A stretch of DNA of 64,000 nt from Selaginella moellendorffii (lineage: Eukaryota > Plantae > Lycopodiophyta): positions 217,053 through 281,052 of the forward strand of contig NW_003314337.1 in assembly GCF_000143415.4 (NCBI RefSeq), read 5' to 3'. Both the position numbers and the translations under genes were made by a program. The notes below the pieces were generated by a model. The model did no database searches, was not told where the DNA came from, and saw only the letters and a list, made by a program, of their open reading frames with translations. Within the stretch, counting starts at the first letter, position 1. Each line of letters opens with the position of its first letter. Positions 1 through 12,355 of the stretch are shown here, piece by piece.

Positions 1-493
1 AATATGGAATGTTCCTAGATTACGAATTTGGACATGGGATGAACACCATTGTGTTTAGGACAATCTCTACATTTTGTAGATATGCCAAATAAGAAAATTT
101 AGACACTATCCATAAATAGTATTTAAAACTAAAATGAGACTAACACAAAGGGCATGATAGCGAGGGTGTTTGGCAAACACAGTAAATTATCATTCAGCAA
201 TATTGAGGGATTAATCTCAATATGTGAAGATGCTTGCCAACCTAGTGCAAGATAGAGCAAAAGATAACTAAGAGCCAGGCCAAATATACTCAGTTAAAAA
301 CACATAAGAGTTCCTACTTTATGTCCATCTGGCTAAGTACAAGTGCTAAGCCCAGTAAATTAACACTTGAACAAGAGGGGCTGATAAAGGGAACTAGTAA
401 TACTGACCTTCTACCGTCGTGGTAGTAAGGAAAGAATATTCAAAAGGATTAGCTGATATATAGCTTTTGATACCCAAAGTCACATTCGCGACA
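1..493 (-). mobile_element. Family A LTR, 5' part (element continues off the left edge)
   Basis: Reverse complement starts TGTCGCGAATGTGACTTTGGG at 493 and follows the 9551/23115 LTR (partner-type U3). Confidence 0.85.
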
Positions 494-865
494 GCTTAGT
501 CCCTAAATACTCACTAGCTGATAACTTATTGTGTTTGTGAAGACACTTTTACTATCATACCCTTTATGTTAGTTCCATTCAGTCCTATTAGCTATTCATG
601 GAAAATGTCTAAATTTGTGAATTTAGCATTTCTATGGAATGTAAATATTGTCATTGTTATTTCTACTTCCAAATTTGCAATTTAACACCATTCTATATTT
701 AGTAAGTTTCCATAATTATCCTAGAGATTAACTCTTGAGATTAGGGTGAAAGCCCAAAGCATATGTTCCTTAGAGGGGGTTTGTGAGGGGTTCCAAATGT
801 ATAACAAGGATAATGGGTAGGTCGGGCATGGCCAACTAATTTGAGGCATAGTTTAACTCACCATA
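494..865 (+). mobile_element. Degraded family A LTR fragment, apparent target of the 1-493 insertion
   Basis: Matches the LTR mid-section, including gggtgaaagcccaaagc, gggttccaaatgtata and gggtaggtcgggcatggcc, with many C>T/G>A changes. Confidence 0.7.
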
Positions 866-3800
866 TAGAAAAAATAAAGGATAAACTATAAAATAATTTT
901 AAGAAACTTTAATAGAGCTTTGGTTTTTATATTCAGGGGTTCTAATATTGAAAACTTAAGTGGTAGATGTCTATATTACTTTAAAATATATAGTCAAATT
1001 TATCACATGATTGCTCCAGCACATCCTCCTACTAATGCACCACTAAAAAATAGATAATAAAATGAAAAATCCATTTAATACAACCTATGATCCAAATTTG
1101 TTGTTACAATGAGATCATATGCTATGAATAACAAACTTATATGTAAAAGCTTTTCAAATGATGTACACTTTAGAATCATAAGGGCACTATTGTTCACTTA
1201 GTTATGGCACTCCAAAATGTGGTATTCGTATGTTAATCAAAAGTAAAGGTACTAATATATATGTCAATATTATTGTTTTCACTTCTAATGATGGTCAACC
1301 ATCTTTTGATGGAGAAAAATATATATCCATATGGGTCACACTTTAAATATTTTTATTATCAATAAATATTTTGACCCAAAAGTTTGAGTGTTTATTTCCA
1401 TCAAAAAGCACACCTAAAACAAAAGGCAAAGACAAAAGTTAAGGCAAGTAAAGTGGGTGGTAGGAGAAAGTTGTCTTTCCACAATTTCCACAACCTTGAC
1501 TGAGAAGAAAGTGTAAGACTGCCATATACCATCTCATCACCATCTTGGAGCATAGTTTTATATTAAAAGTATGCCACCATATCCCTCTTTTTAAATTAGA
1601 TTAGGTAGGTTGACATTTCTAAGCTTATGCTGCTATTTATATCGTAAATGTCTAAATTTCTTAGCTTTCAAATAAGCCTCTCTAGCCAAGTTTGCACTAA
1701 TCCAATAGCCTCTTTCATTTATGGTTGTTATTATTACTTTCATCTTGGGCAAAGTAAGTGTTTTAGTTTTCAATCTAAGTGTTGTTTCAGCTTCTACATT
1801 TGTAGAACTACCTCTCAATTCAACCTTAGAAACTAAGCCTCTAAGGCATTTATAAATGATTTTCATGGCATTTTTTTATCTTGAACAAATGTTGAAGAGT
1901 GCAAGAACTGTTAAATTAATATTTGTGTACATTCTAATAAGGGTAAATGCCTCTTTTTCACCTAGAGATTACAGTTAAAATTGAAAACTTAATTGAATCA
2001 GATTGAAGAAGCAAGTCCCAACCAATATATGCTTGGTTTAATCACCCCACAAGTAGTCCTATCGAAATGACAATAGTATTTTTCTATTGCAATCTACTCT
2101 TTTCTATTGGAATTTTTTTTTAAAATGTGTCTTGATGCCTTAACTTTGTAAAGTACTAAGAGGTATTCATTGTCACTTTGGATCCTCCGACAACTTGTGC
2201 TAATGGTATAGATATTCATAATACTATAAAACATAGTGGAGTTGAAACTAATATTGGTTTCTATAATAGCCTTGATCAAACCACTTCAACAAATATTCAT
2301 AATCAAGAAAATGTTCAGCATGAAGATGTGGGAAACAACATTAATAGTGACAGACATGACAATGAAGACCACATAAATTTTGACAGTGACAATATTGTGA
2401 AATTAGCAAATTAAAGATTTTATGATGATCACACCACACATATGTTCAATATTGGAAATATGTCTTCTTCATGTACTCACTATGATGCATTATATTTTAA
2501 AAATGAATCTAGCTTTATATGCTATCAAATGGAGACGTTTCTGGCAAACTATCACAATAGCACCAGAGTCAACCTGCAATACAATACAAAGTGAAGACAA
2601 ATTTAGGGTTATGACAAACATGAAGCCAAAAAAATTAGTAAATTAAAGTTTATAATTCTCATTTGTAGCTAAGTTTTTATCTTTTATTATTGCCTCTTCT
2701 TATTATTATTATCATCCTTTCTTATTGTCCCCTTTTTTTAACCATTCATTACCTTTGCTAAGTAATGTTGGAAATTTATAACCTGTGGAACTTGTTAAGT
2801 GCCTCTCTCATCATAAAAGCTTAAAAAAGGAAGTGTCCTTTGAAGTGGAGTAGATTCCTCAAGTGTTTTAATAGCAAAAGATAGCTTGTAAGATATGAAT
2901 AATTCTCTAAACTATCCTAGAGGGAGGCCATAAGCTTGGTTGATATAGCAGTCTTCTATGGGGACCTTGTGTTTAGAACCATCAATAGCATGAAGGATGT
3001 TGTAATTTGAAATAATTCTTATTATTATTGCAATTCTTGTAAAAGCCAAAGTTGTTGGAGATGTTCAACCTCTTGCAAATATAGCAAGAGTAGTTCATTG
3101 ACACCTCCCATGGATGATAGGGATGAAATAGTTAGTTATCTACAACATGAAGCTAAGAACAACACAAAAATGTATAAGCAAAAACATGCCCTTGTAAACC
3201 AATTACAGCATAAAGCTATTATTGCACATAAATGATCTATCAGATCTTGCCATGCTTTGTGATTAGGCAATTTGTACATAATAATGCATGGAGCAACATA
3301 ATAGATATTCATTTAATCTGTGTCTTGCAAATTATAGAAGATCTTACATGCCATTTCTCTTGCAAACCAAGCCTTAGGCTCTTGGAATATGTGTCACATG
3401 TCACTAAGAATTTTGACCTAGTGTAAGGGTCATCAAACTTTGGAAACTATATATATATGTACTTTGTATTTCTCTTCAAATGTGTCACCAATATAAATAA
3501 CATTGATGTTGAATTGTGTCTGGTCAATGGATATAATAGCAGCACCAACAACATTAAACTGCATAACTTACAAGTCTTAATAGTGAGTGAACACTAGTGA
3601 TGCCCACAATATCAAGTTAAGATTGGCTATTCATGCACTAACAACTGGTTGTCAATTTCAATGCATCACAAGTGAGCACCTTGGTAGAACTTTGGATTTT
3701 TGTGCTTTAGCATAAAGTTCTAAATGCAGAGCCACATTCATGGCAAGAAGAAGTAGATTTGTGCAAGTTTGAAAGATAGTATCACAATACACAAGTGCAC

Positions 3801-4130
3801 TCCAAGCCAGTCTATAACACCAGCACTAAGAAAGAATAACATGGTAAGACGATATACTAATTTCCTGTTGGAAGTCAAAGATCCTATAGTAACAAAGCAC
3901 ATATATAAGTAGTGGGTTAGTATTGCAAAAGAATGTAAGTCAACAATGTGTTGAAGTGGATATTGTGACTCTGTTGTGATTGATGACCAAAATTTTGGCT
4001 AGCTCTAGAAAATGAATTATACAATGAAGAATTACATCCTATTAAAACAAGGGAAGAAGTTTTATTAAATGCGTATAGGTCTAGTGTATTGATGCAAGTG
4101 AGAGGTGATTTAAAAATTGGGATATTTAGA

Positions 4131-4215
4131 GTTAAACATATTTGGGTTTGAGTGGGTGAGATTTCTCAAGAAGTCCCACCTAACCCAATACTACTCAAAC
4201 CTAAATACACTTAAC
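4131..4215. repeat. Imperfect fold-back (MITE-like hairpin)
   Basis: gttaa..atttgggtttgagt pairs with actcaaacctaaat..ttaac; inner stem ggtgagatttct/agaagtcccacc. Confidence 0.5.
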
Positions 4216-4784
4216 CAAACTCAAAAAGTCTAAACTCAAAAGTTTGCAACGAGATTATACATAATTAAAGCATTGAGAGTTTTACACTAAAAATGCGAAT
4301 GTTGTGATATCACCAATAAAGCTCTCCTCTAAAACTGTCTCCTCTATTCTATTTACATTCTCTCTATCTGGTCATGGAACAACCTCTTCTACACTCTTAG
4401 CAAAAGCAATGTTAAGGGTGGACATGAACTCAAAAGTTGGTGTCTCTATTTCAAGTCTTCTCACTGCCCATAGTGTCATGACGAAAAGAAGCAAAATAAC
4501 ATAAATATGTAAAGAATGCTAATTAGATAAAGGAATTTGGAGTAGTTTTGGCTTATTATATAATACGAGCATAAATATTTCCAATCTCCACAATAATCAT
4601 CAAATAAAGTTGATGTATGTTAGGTGAGTGGGTATTTATAATTGCATTATTTGATAAATGGATATATAGTGAAAGTCATTTTTTCTTGCAAGATCCTTAT
4701 AACTGTAAGACAAATCACATGTAACTATTTTAACAACATGCAAAAAATTAGAATGGAATCCACATACCTTAGGTGTCAAGACCA

Positions 4785-5985
4785 AGTGTGTAAAACTTGA
4801 ATTTCTCCATGTCTTGGTATTTTTCAAGTTTACTATAGATCTTGAAATTAAAAATCTTTGAACAGATATGTAAAGAGAATGCAAGATAATTCTCATCTCA
4901 CATTGTAGCTAGTTCTTTGGTCGACAAGTCTACAATTTCTTGTGCAGCCTCTTGAAATGCAACAGCCCACATATGGCTGCTACTATCCGCTATGCACATC
5001 TTTAGAGCATACTTGAACTCCATCTGTGTCTCAAAATTGCAAGAGTTACAGAACTACCCATCTATTGTTTGGGTAATCTTTTTGCCACATTGCCATCCAT
5101 TCACAAGATTGATGCACTGTAATAAAACTCATTTGTCTTCATTTCCTTCATAGTGGCTATCACTCTATAAATAAGGGAGCTTTCCAACACCTTTAACTGC
5201 AACTTTGATATCTTTGACCAAGTCATAGTGCAGTTAATAGTCTGTCTCAATAATGATGTGTTCAAATGTATGAATTTAGTGACATTGTAGTATAATGACT
5301 TCCACTCTCACAAATCAGTCACCACTTTCATTTCCAATTTATTCTAACACCAATTGCTGAAAGTGATTTACCACTATCTTTACACATATAATTGGGTGAA
5401 CCCCACTTTCTATCCTCTCCTATATGTATGGGGATATCCTTTTATGTCTACTTTTAAATCCCATAGGCACAAGTCAACACTATGGCCTGATTCATCATAT
5501 AGACATAGTGTTCTCTTTTTCACATCACACAATCTCACAATAATTGCATCAATGCATATTACAATGTCAATCACGTCAACAAAGGAGTCTTTTTCCACTT
5601 GACACATCTCTAAGATGCTTTTTCTCACAAGGACAATTTTTGGGAATGATGTATCCTCATCCAGCACAGTAAACTCTATACCTTTGTTAGCTTGAATCTC
5701 CCAGGTCACTTTAAATGGTGGATTAAAACATTGTATTCCACCACTCCCAGAAAATGAATACACAGTGTCCTGGAAAATCTTATCAGACAAAGCCACCACA
5801 CAGTCATCGGAATTGACAATTCTGATCTCTATTCCTTGGACATCAACAACGTCAAATGATATTATGCATCCTAATCTTTTCATGTTGAAATGTTGACTCT
5901 TGCACGAAATGACCACTTGTAAGAATAGTCGCTGATTTCTTTGATGTACACCTCTTTTATAGCAGCCTTTTTTGAGCTCTCTCCC
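4785..5985 (-). pseudogene. Replication protein A 70 kDa (RPA1)-like pseudogene, OB folds A-B-C
   Basis: Across frames: IKEISDYSYKWSFRARV and IISFDVVDVQGIEIR (DBD-A); VDVI..KRTLCLYDESGHSVDLCLW (DBD-B); FYYSA..QCGKK..FCNSC..KYALKMCIADSSSHMWAVAFQEAAQEI..FNFKIYSKLEKY (DBD-C zinc finger); stops and frameshifts present. Confidence 0.85.
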
Positions 5986-6093
5986 TATAACAACTGAAAC
6001 AATCTAGAGATCATGTATCCAGAATGATGGGCCACCAAACTATTTGCAACACATGAAACTTTTTTTTATTGTATTTTGGGGACTGGCTCGGAG

Positions 6094-6159
6094 CAAGGAT
6101 AAACATGTTTAATTGTAAAGTAACTTTTCCATAGACACTTGACCACGTTTTTATCCTTG
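6094..6159. repeat. Short inverted repeat / mini-MITE
   Basis: caaggataaa...tttatccttg, perfect for 10 bp and imperfect to ~24 bp. Confidence 0.4.
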
Positions 6160-8629
6160 GCAAGTTCAAATGTTATATAATAGTTATTCAGAATGAAAAG
6201 CAAAAAATGGTTTTACCACTTTCATGTCTTGAAGGACAAGGTTTGTGTGTGTGCACTTCCATACTCCACCATCCAAGAAGCATGCATCCGATACAATTAA
6301 TGACCTGCATAATCATTTGTGTTTATTCTGCTTTGTTAAATAAGAAAACACATTTACTGTTTCCCATTTATCTCGAGGAAAGTGTAGTTCAGGAATTTCA
6401 CAAATGAATTCAGACAGATACCCCACAAAGCTATTAAACCTGAAACTTGATGTGATGCAATAGCCTTAAGTGTTTCATTGTCGTTTGCAATAGAAAACTT
6501 TTTTGGTCAATCTATGTTCATAACACACAACACCAGTTCCTTATTTGAATTTTCACTTTTCTGTTCCCATCATCTATACACTTCATGGTCGCTCATGAGG
6601 GTTGCTGGCTGCTAGGATATTTAAAAAGTCATCTATTAAAAAGAATTTTCTAAACTGCCATAGTTTGCGTACATATTGATCAAACCATTGGCAACCATGT
6701 TATTTCTACCTTGATATATAGGGAAACAAATAAAAAAGTGTTGATTACAAATCATTGTCAAAGTTTATATGGAAAGAAAGAGATGCAACTTATATCTATA
6801 ACTCTTGGGAACAAGCCAAAAGCACTCAAGGTCAACTTTTGCATGTCACATGTCACATGTCACACTGGTCTATCACTAAAACTTAACTTAAAAAAAACGA
6901 AATGACTAAATACTGACTGACTCACTCCTGACAGCTTAAAGCCGGTTGCAAGAGATTGAACAGGTGTTTGGAAAATTTAGGAGGATACAATAGGAAGAAT
7001 TCCAGGCCGTTGGTACCAAAAGAGAGCCTGACCCGTCTTATCTATTTCACATCCTTCAATAGTCTGGCCCATACCTAGGTAAACATAGATACATTGTCCT
7101 GCTATCCGGTTATCCCTACATTGTAATTTCCTGCTTTCCAAAACAGGGAACATCTTCTTGGCTACAGTGTACAAACAACTACCTCATTGTTTTGTGGAGC
7201 ATCCTTTTGATTTGGCAGAAAATCAAGTAAGTCAGTAGGCATGCACTTGATCTTTAGCTTCTTATACTGGTTTCTGGTCACACCAACGTTTCTCTTTTCA
7301 GCCTTTCTTAGGATCTGTCAGGGACCGATGCCTCTGGCAATGCATCCTGTTCTATATAACGAAAGGACTATGCAGATTATTCACGAATATTCATGCGTCT
7401 CAGCGCAAGTCAACCTTCAGATAATTCAGTAGCACATTGCTGAAAATGAAAATGAGCTTGTGAGAATGAAGATCGCTCCCCACCTAGTGGAACCCAGGAC
7501 GGCCCTCGTAGAGGGGCGAGGTAAAAGTCCCGTCTCCACCGCTGAGCTCCACCAGCATGCGCCCATAGTAAACCGAGCACCTGGTGCCCAACTTGGTCAT
7601 ATCGCAGTTGCCAAACACGAAATCGTTGCACCCACCATCCACTACGTAGAAATCCATGCAGCCTTTGTACCTGCCAGTCGTCAAAAAAGCAATTGTTCTT
7701 ATTCTGCCCATGAGTGAGCTTGTAGGTGCTTGTATGTTGCCTTTATTTCCTATTGCACTCTTCTTATCCCCGGGTCATCACCTTGAGTGGTACAAAGGCT
7801 GGGATTCATTTTGGGGGGAGTTTCTTAAGTTTGGGTTGGGGTTTTTAAAACCCCCCCCCCCCCCCCCCCCACCTGGCACCCTCTTTTCTCACTCTCGGAA
7901 GCAAAAACCCTGCAATCCTAGCCTCTAGCAATACAAGGTGTGTATTCTTTTTATATTTTCTTTAGCTTTGTGCTTTGTAAACTAATTGGTTGATTGAATA
8001 GAGTTTAAGGACTAGGGAACATTGAGGACCTTCCTTTTAAATGTTCTGATCAGTACATCTTTACTGATAGGGAAACTTTACATGTTTACTTTCATTTTTC
8101 TTTCATATGGCACTATCTTTCCCCTTTTTTTGATAGTACCATTTCTAGAAGGTGATGGAAAATAAGGTGATTCAAGCAACATGCTGGGCATGGGAAAGAT
8201 TGACCATAGTGAGTCACTTGATATATTGGGTATGGCATTTTTTTCCACTTTATGTGAAAAGTTAATACAAAAAACTCAGAACTTGTTTGACAAGTGAATT
8301 AAGCCATTTGCCATTTTCTGGGCATATATTCCACTTAAATCCAAATCTAGTGAGTTGATAAGTTGTCACACACATTTGATAACACCAGAAGCAATGACAG
8401 ACCAAAGTCTTTTTGGCAAAGGAAGTCTCATCAGTGTTGAAACGAAAGACATGTAAGACATATCATGCTTATGATCAAAGTATTCATTTTCTTTTGTGGC
8501 TATTGAGTGTAATAGTCTTTTGGTTTGTATTTGATCTTTGGTTCTTTCGTGAGTGCACATTTAGTCCCACTGTAAGGTGCTGGTCCTGGTTCAATTCTGA
8601 CACTATTGATGCTTTTGAGAAAAGAGAAA

Positions 8630-8751
8630 AGAGCACTCCAATCCAGCCCTTCTTCAATGACACAAGCTATGCAACTAGATTCTCCAGGAGCTTGTGGAGG
8701 GCATCTTTGCAGCACAAGATCAACATCCCACAAAGCGTGGACAAGGAGTGA
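8630..8751 (+). pseudogene. Laccase fragment (region before the third cupredoxin domain)
   Basis: PIQPFFNDTSYATRFSRSLW...NIPQSVDK resembles the plant laccase PxFNDTxxAxxFxxxLRSL...VPxxVD segment. Confidence 0.65.
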
Positions 8752-8764
8752 CAAGCGTGATCTC

Positions 8765-9135
8765 AAGTGCTTGCCTTGCAGTTGTGATCTTGTCTTTCCT
8801 CATGATCTAGTGGCTGTTCAGAATGAAATAACCAAAGTCTACCACTTCTAGGTCAGTTTGCTTAAATATGCATCTAGAGCTCATCAAATTGCCACTAAAC
8901 TCGATGGTTAGGAGGGTGGGAAGAACAAAGTACATTATTACTATCAATGGCGAGCTCCCAGGAACAACGATCTATGCCAATGACAGTGATAAGCTTCTTA
9001 TCACAGTAACGAACATTGGGTCTCAAAAGTTCTAAAACATTCTGTAATCTAATGCTCTATCACAAGTATGGAATCTGGCAATTTAGGAAGCCCTAGTTCG
9101 ATGCCCAGGCTATGTCATGCAATGTCCTCTCAAGT
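8765..9135 (+). pseudogene. Laccase (multicopper oxidase) N-terminal exons, pseudogene
   Basis: ..ITKVYHF* then a GT donor; TKYIITINGELPGTTIYANDSDKLLITVTN; YGIWQFRKP*FD(fs)PGYVMQCPL, matching laccase HGxxQxxxxWxDGPxYxTQCP. Confidence 0.8.
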
Positions 9136-9550
9136 GAAGCTAATTGTATTGGCAGCCCAGCATAAATGCAATGAGTGGCATTGTGGATCCCAGGGACCGC
9201 TTCAGTTGCAAGGGGATCCTCTAGCCTTGGAGACTCACACTTCAACTTGGCTGTGGAAAGTTTTGGTGATAGCGTAAGTAGTGCAGCAAAACTGGTTTGC
9301 AATTCTGAGCTACATGTCTGGCATTTTCCATTGCATAGGTAAATCACATAGTATTTTATTCTGTTCACTTATGTTATTAATCAAGTGGCACTACAAAGTG
9401 CTGGAAAGACATCTCTATATTAGCCAGGGTGGTGGCATTAGCATGAATACTGATACAGAAGGTTTTTTCCAAACATGGAGAGGTGTTTTATGCGGTGTAG
9501 GATACATAGATGTGGTAGGCATTAACTTGCAGGTTAAAATTTCTTCCTAT

Positions 9551-10720
9551 TGTCGCGAATGTGACTTCGGGTATCGAAAGTTACCTGTCGACCAGTCCTT
9601 ACGGACACTCTTACCTTACTGCCACGATGGCAGGAAGTCGGTATTGCTGGACCTTTATTGGCCCCTCTTGTTCAAGTGTTAGTAAACTGGACTTAGCATC
9701 TGTACTTGGCCGGATGAGCATAAGGACGGAATTCCTAAGTGTCTATTTGGCCAAGCATATTTGGCCCGGCTTTTTAGTTCTCTTTTGCTCTGTCTTGCAC
9801 TGGCTTGACAAGAACCCTCGCGTATTGAGATTGGTCCCTCAATATCACTGGATGATAGCTTACCGTGTTTGCCAAACACCCTCGCTATCATGCCCTTTGT
9901 GTTAGTCTCAATTCGTCCTAAATGCTATTTATGGAAAGTGTCCAGATTTGCTCATTTGGCATATCTACGGAATGTAGAGATCGGCCTGAACACAATGTGT
10001 TCGTCCCCATGCTACACGCAACCAGCTATCTCATCAACTGCACTGCCTCATTCGCAATCTAAGGACATTCCATATTNNNNNNNNNNNNNNNNNNNNNNNN
10101 NNNNNNNNNNNNNNNNNNNNNNNNNNNNNNNNNNNNNNNNNNNNNNNNNNNNNNNNNNNNNNNNNNNNNNNNNNNNAATGTATAGTATGTATAGTAGGGA
10201 TAGTGGGTAGGTCCGGCATGGCCGACCAACCTGAGGCATAGTCTAGCTCCCACTTGCGTGCCTGTCCTTGTTCTGCGTCCGGCTTGGGTTTAAGCCCAAG
10301 TTCCATTCCATGCTAGCTGGTGGAGTACCTCACGTTAGGCCACCAGTATGCCAAAATAGTGCCAAACTCCGTTTGGCTCCGTTTTGCGTGCTGGTTCTGG
10401 CATTAGGATGCTGGTTGCTCTAGGACTGTTCCAAGTTGCTTCGGGCTCCTGTCCCTTTGCTCCTTGGGCTAAATGCTCGGGAGTTGCTCCATGGTCCGGT
10501 TCCATCACTCTTTGGCGTCATGCTTGGGAGTTTGGCACTGTTCTTTCGTTCAGTGTCCCAAGGCCCTGAACCTCGGGTTCCTATGGACACGTGGCATGGA
10601 CACATGGTATGTGACACGTGGCATCTGTCACGTGGCACAAAGAGGGTTTAGGTTCCTCTTCGTGGTGTTATCCTATGGTAAATCACCATAGGATAAAGGG
10701 TCAAAACCACGTGCGCTACA
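9551..10720 (+). repeat. 5' LTR of non-coding family A element
   Basis: TGTCGCGAAT...GCGCTACA, near-identical to 23115-24253; contains N gap 10077-10176. Confidence 0.9.
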
Positions 10721-12355
10721 TTTGGTATCAGAGGATGAGTCTCAGCGATTACTATTCAATAAGATTGGGCAACTAGTCTCGTTGCATACGCAGAGATGAA
10801 AACGATGATCCAAGTGGGTACACGTTTTGGTGCAAAGACTTCGCAATCGTTCCTTGGGTATGGATTTGGTTACCTTCTTGTACCGTAATTATGTGAGCTT
10901 GCTCTTGGGCTCATAAGATGGATTTGAGTTGTTCCGGTTGCACGAGTTTGCGCTTGGGCTCGTGAGTGAGGCACATTAGCAACTCAAGGTCACACTTTGA
11001 GTTGGCAGGATTAATGTTAGCCTATCGGTGGTTCCATGAGTTGTTCCATGTACCATGGGTGAAAATAAACTTTCCCTGGGTTTGCTATGAGTGGCAAATA
11101 GGCTGGTCCGTAGCTGTTTAGCGCGGCACTAGTGGATCCTTCCTAGGCATGATTACGAGTGGATCAATCAAGACTGTAGGGATGAGTCTATTGATTCAAG
11201 TAATTGTTGCCGTGCTCTCTCATAAACTTTTCTTCGATTGAACTGAAGGCAGTGCGAAAGCAAGCTTGAGGTTTGGTCAAAGATGAGACCGAAAAGAGAG
11301 TCATTGAGGACGAAGGATCAAACACGTAAATCATCTTCTTTCTTGGAGGGATGATTTGCAACGAGGTGTTAATTTATTGCTCGTGTTCACATCATGCAAC
11401 CAAGAGTCCCTACCTTGGTGCATATTGGAAATGATGGTCTTACAAGTGGTGAGTTATGGGATGGATAGCGGTGAAGCGCTATACCATTTTGTTTAGGCTT
11501 GCTATTAGAAGACTTGGGTTGCAATGCTCAATTCTTTTCCGGGGAACCTTGTTATTGCTCCTTGATTAACTTGGTGTTGGATTAGTTTTGAGTTTGGTCA
11601 GAAAGAGAGTGGCATGAGCTTGTCCATGTTGTGAACAAAAGTTAATGGTGTTCAGTGTTATAAATCTTTATTGGTGAAGTGTGGCATTTATGTTGCATTT
11701 TGTTGAATTGAGTTGACACTTGATACTTACATAAACCTTGGTAGTAATGACATGGGCGTTGCTCGTAGTGTTGCTTGATTAATGATCAAGTCATTGCGAT
11801 TTATATCATATCCATGTGATAATGAGCAATGTGTTTACGAAGTTGCTTGGGTAAATGATGATCAACCCCAAAGTGGTTGATGGAAAAGCTAGTCTACTTG
11901 CACAAAGTAGCATTGTAGTAGCTTTGACTGGATTCTCAATGGTGATCCATTGTGCTAAGCTTAAGTTGGTACCTTGTTTCCTTGAGTTTGCCCATTGGTG
12001 TTGGAAAAGGGTTATAGCATTCACTTGCTATGACTTGTCGGTTTATCCGTTAGCACTTGGAGTAGATTGTTGGATGGAGAAGGTGTGTAGTTGAGGCATT
12101 GACATAGCACTGGTGTTAGTGGAAGTGGCATTGTTATTTCGAGTGATGAGGAATTTTCCTTAGACCTTGATTTTTCATGTCATTTTTCTTATTAGTGTTT
12201 TGACTTCACATTGAATCTTGAAGGTGATTGAAGAAGAGTGTTAATGCAATATGGATATCCGAAGATGTGGTCTTCGTGATCAAGCTTTGGGTGTTCACTT
12301 TGCATTTTGCAGATGTTGGTGTTGGATATCGGTTAGATGGGCAAAGATGTTCGAT

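Noticed and set aside
9709-9735. Hammerhead-like string cggatgag..gacggaa in the LTR (retrozyme idea)
   Set aside because: Core reads CGGATGA/CAGATGA rather than CTGATGA, and stem II does not pair convincingly
10008-10190. Extra sequence and small duplication in the 5' LTR
   Set aside because: Adjacent to an N gap over the G tract; probably low-quality contig ends
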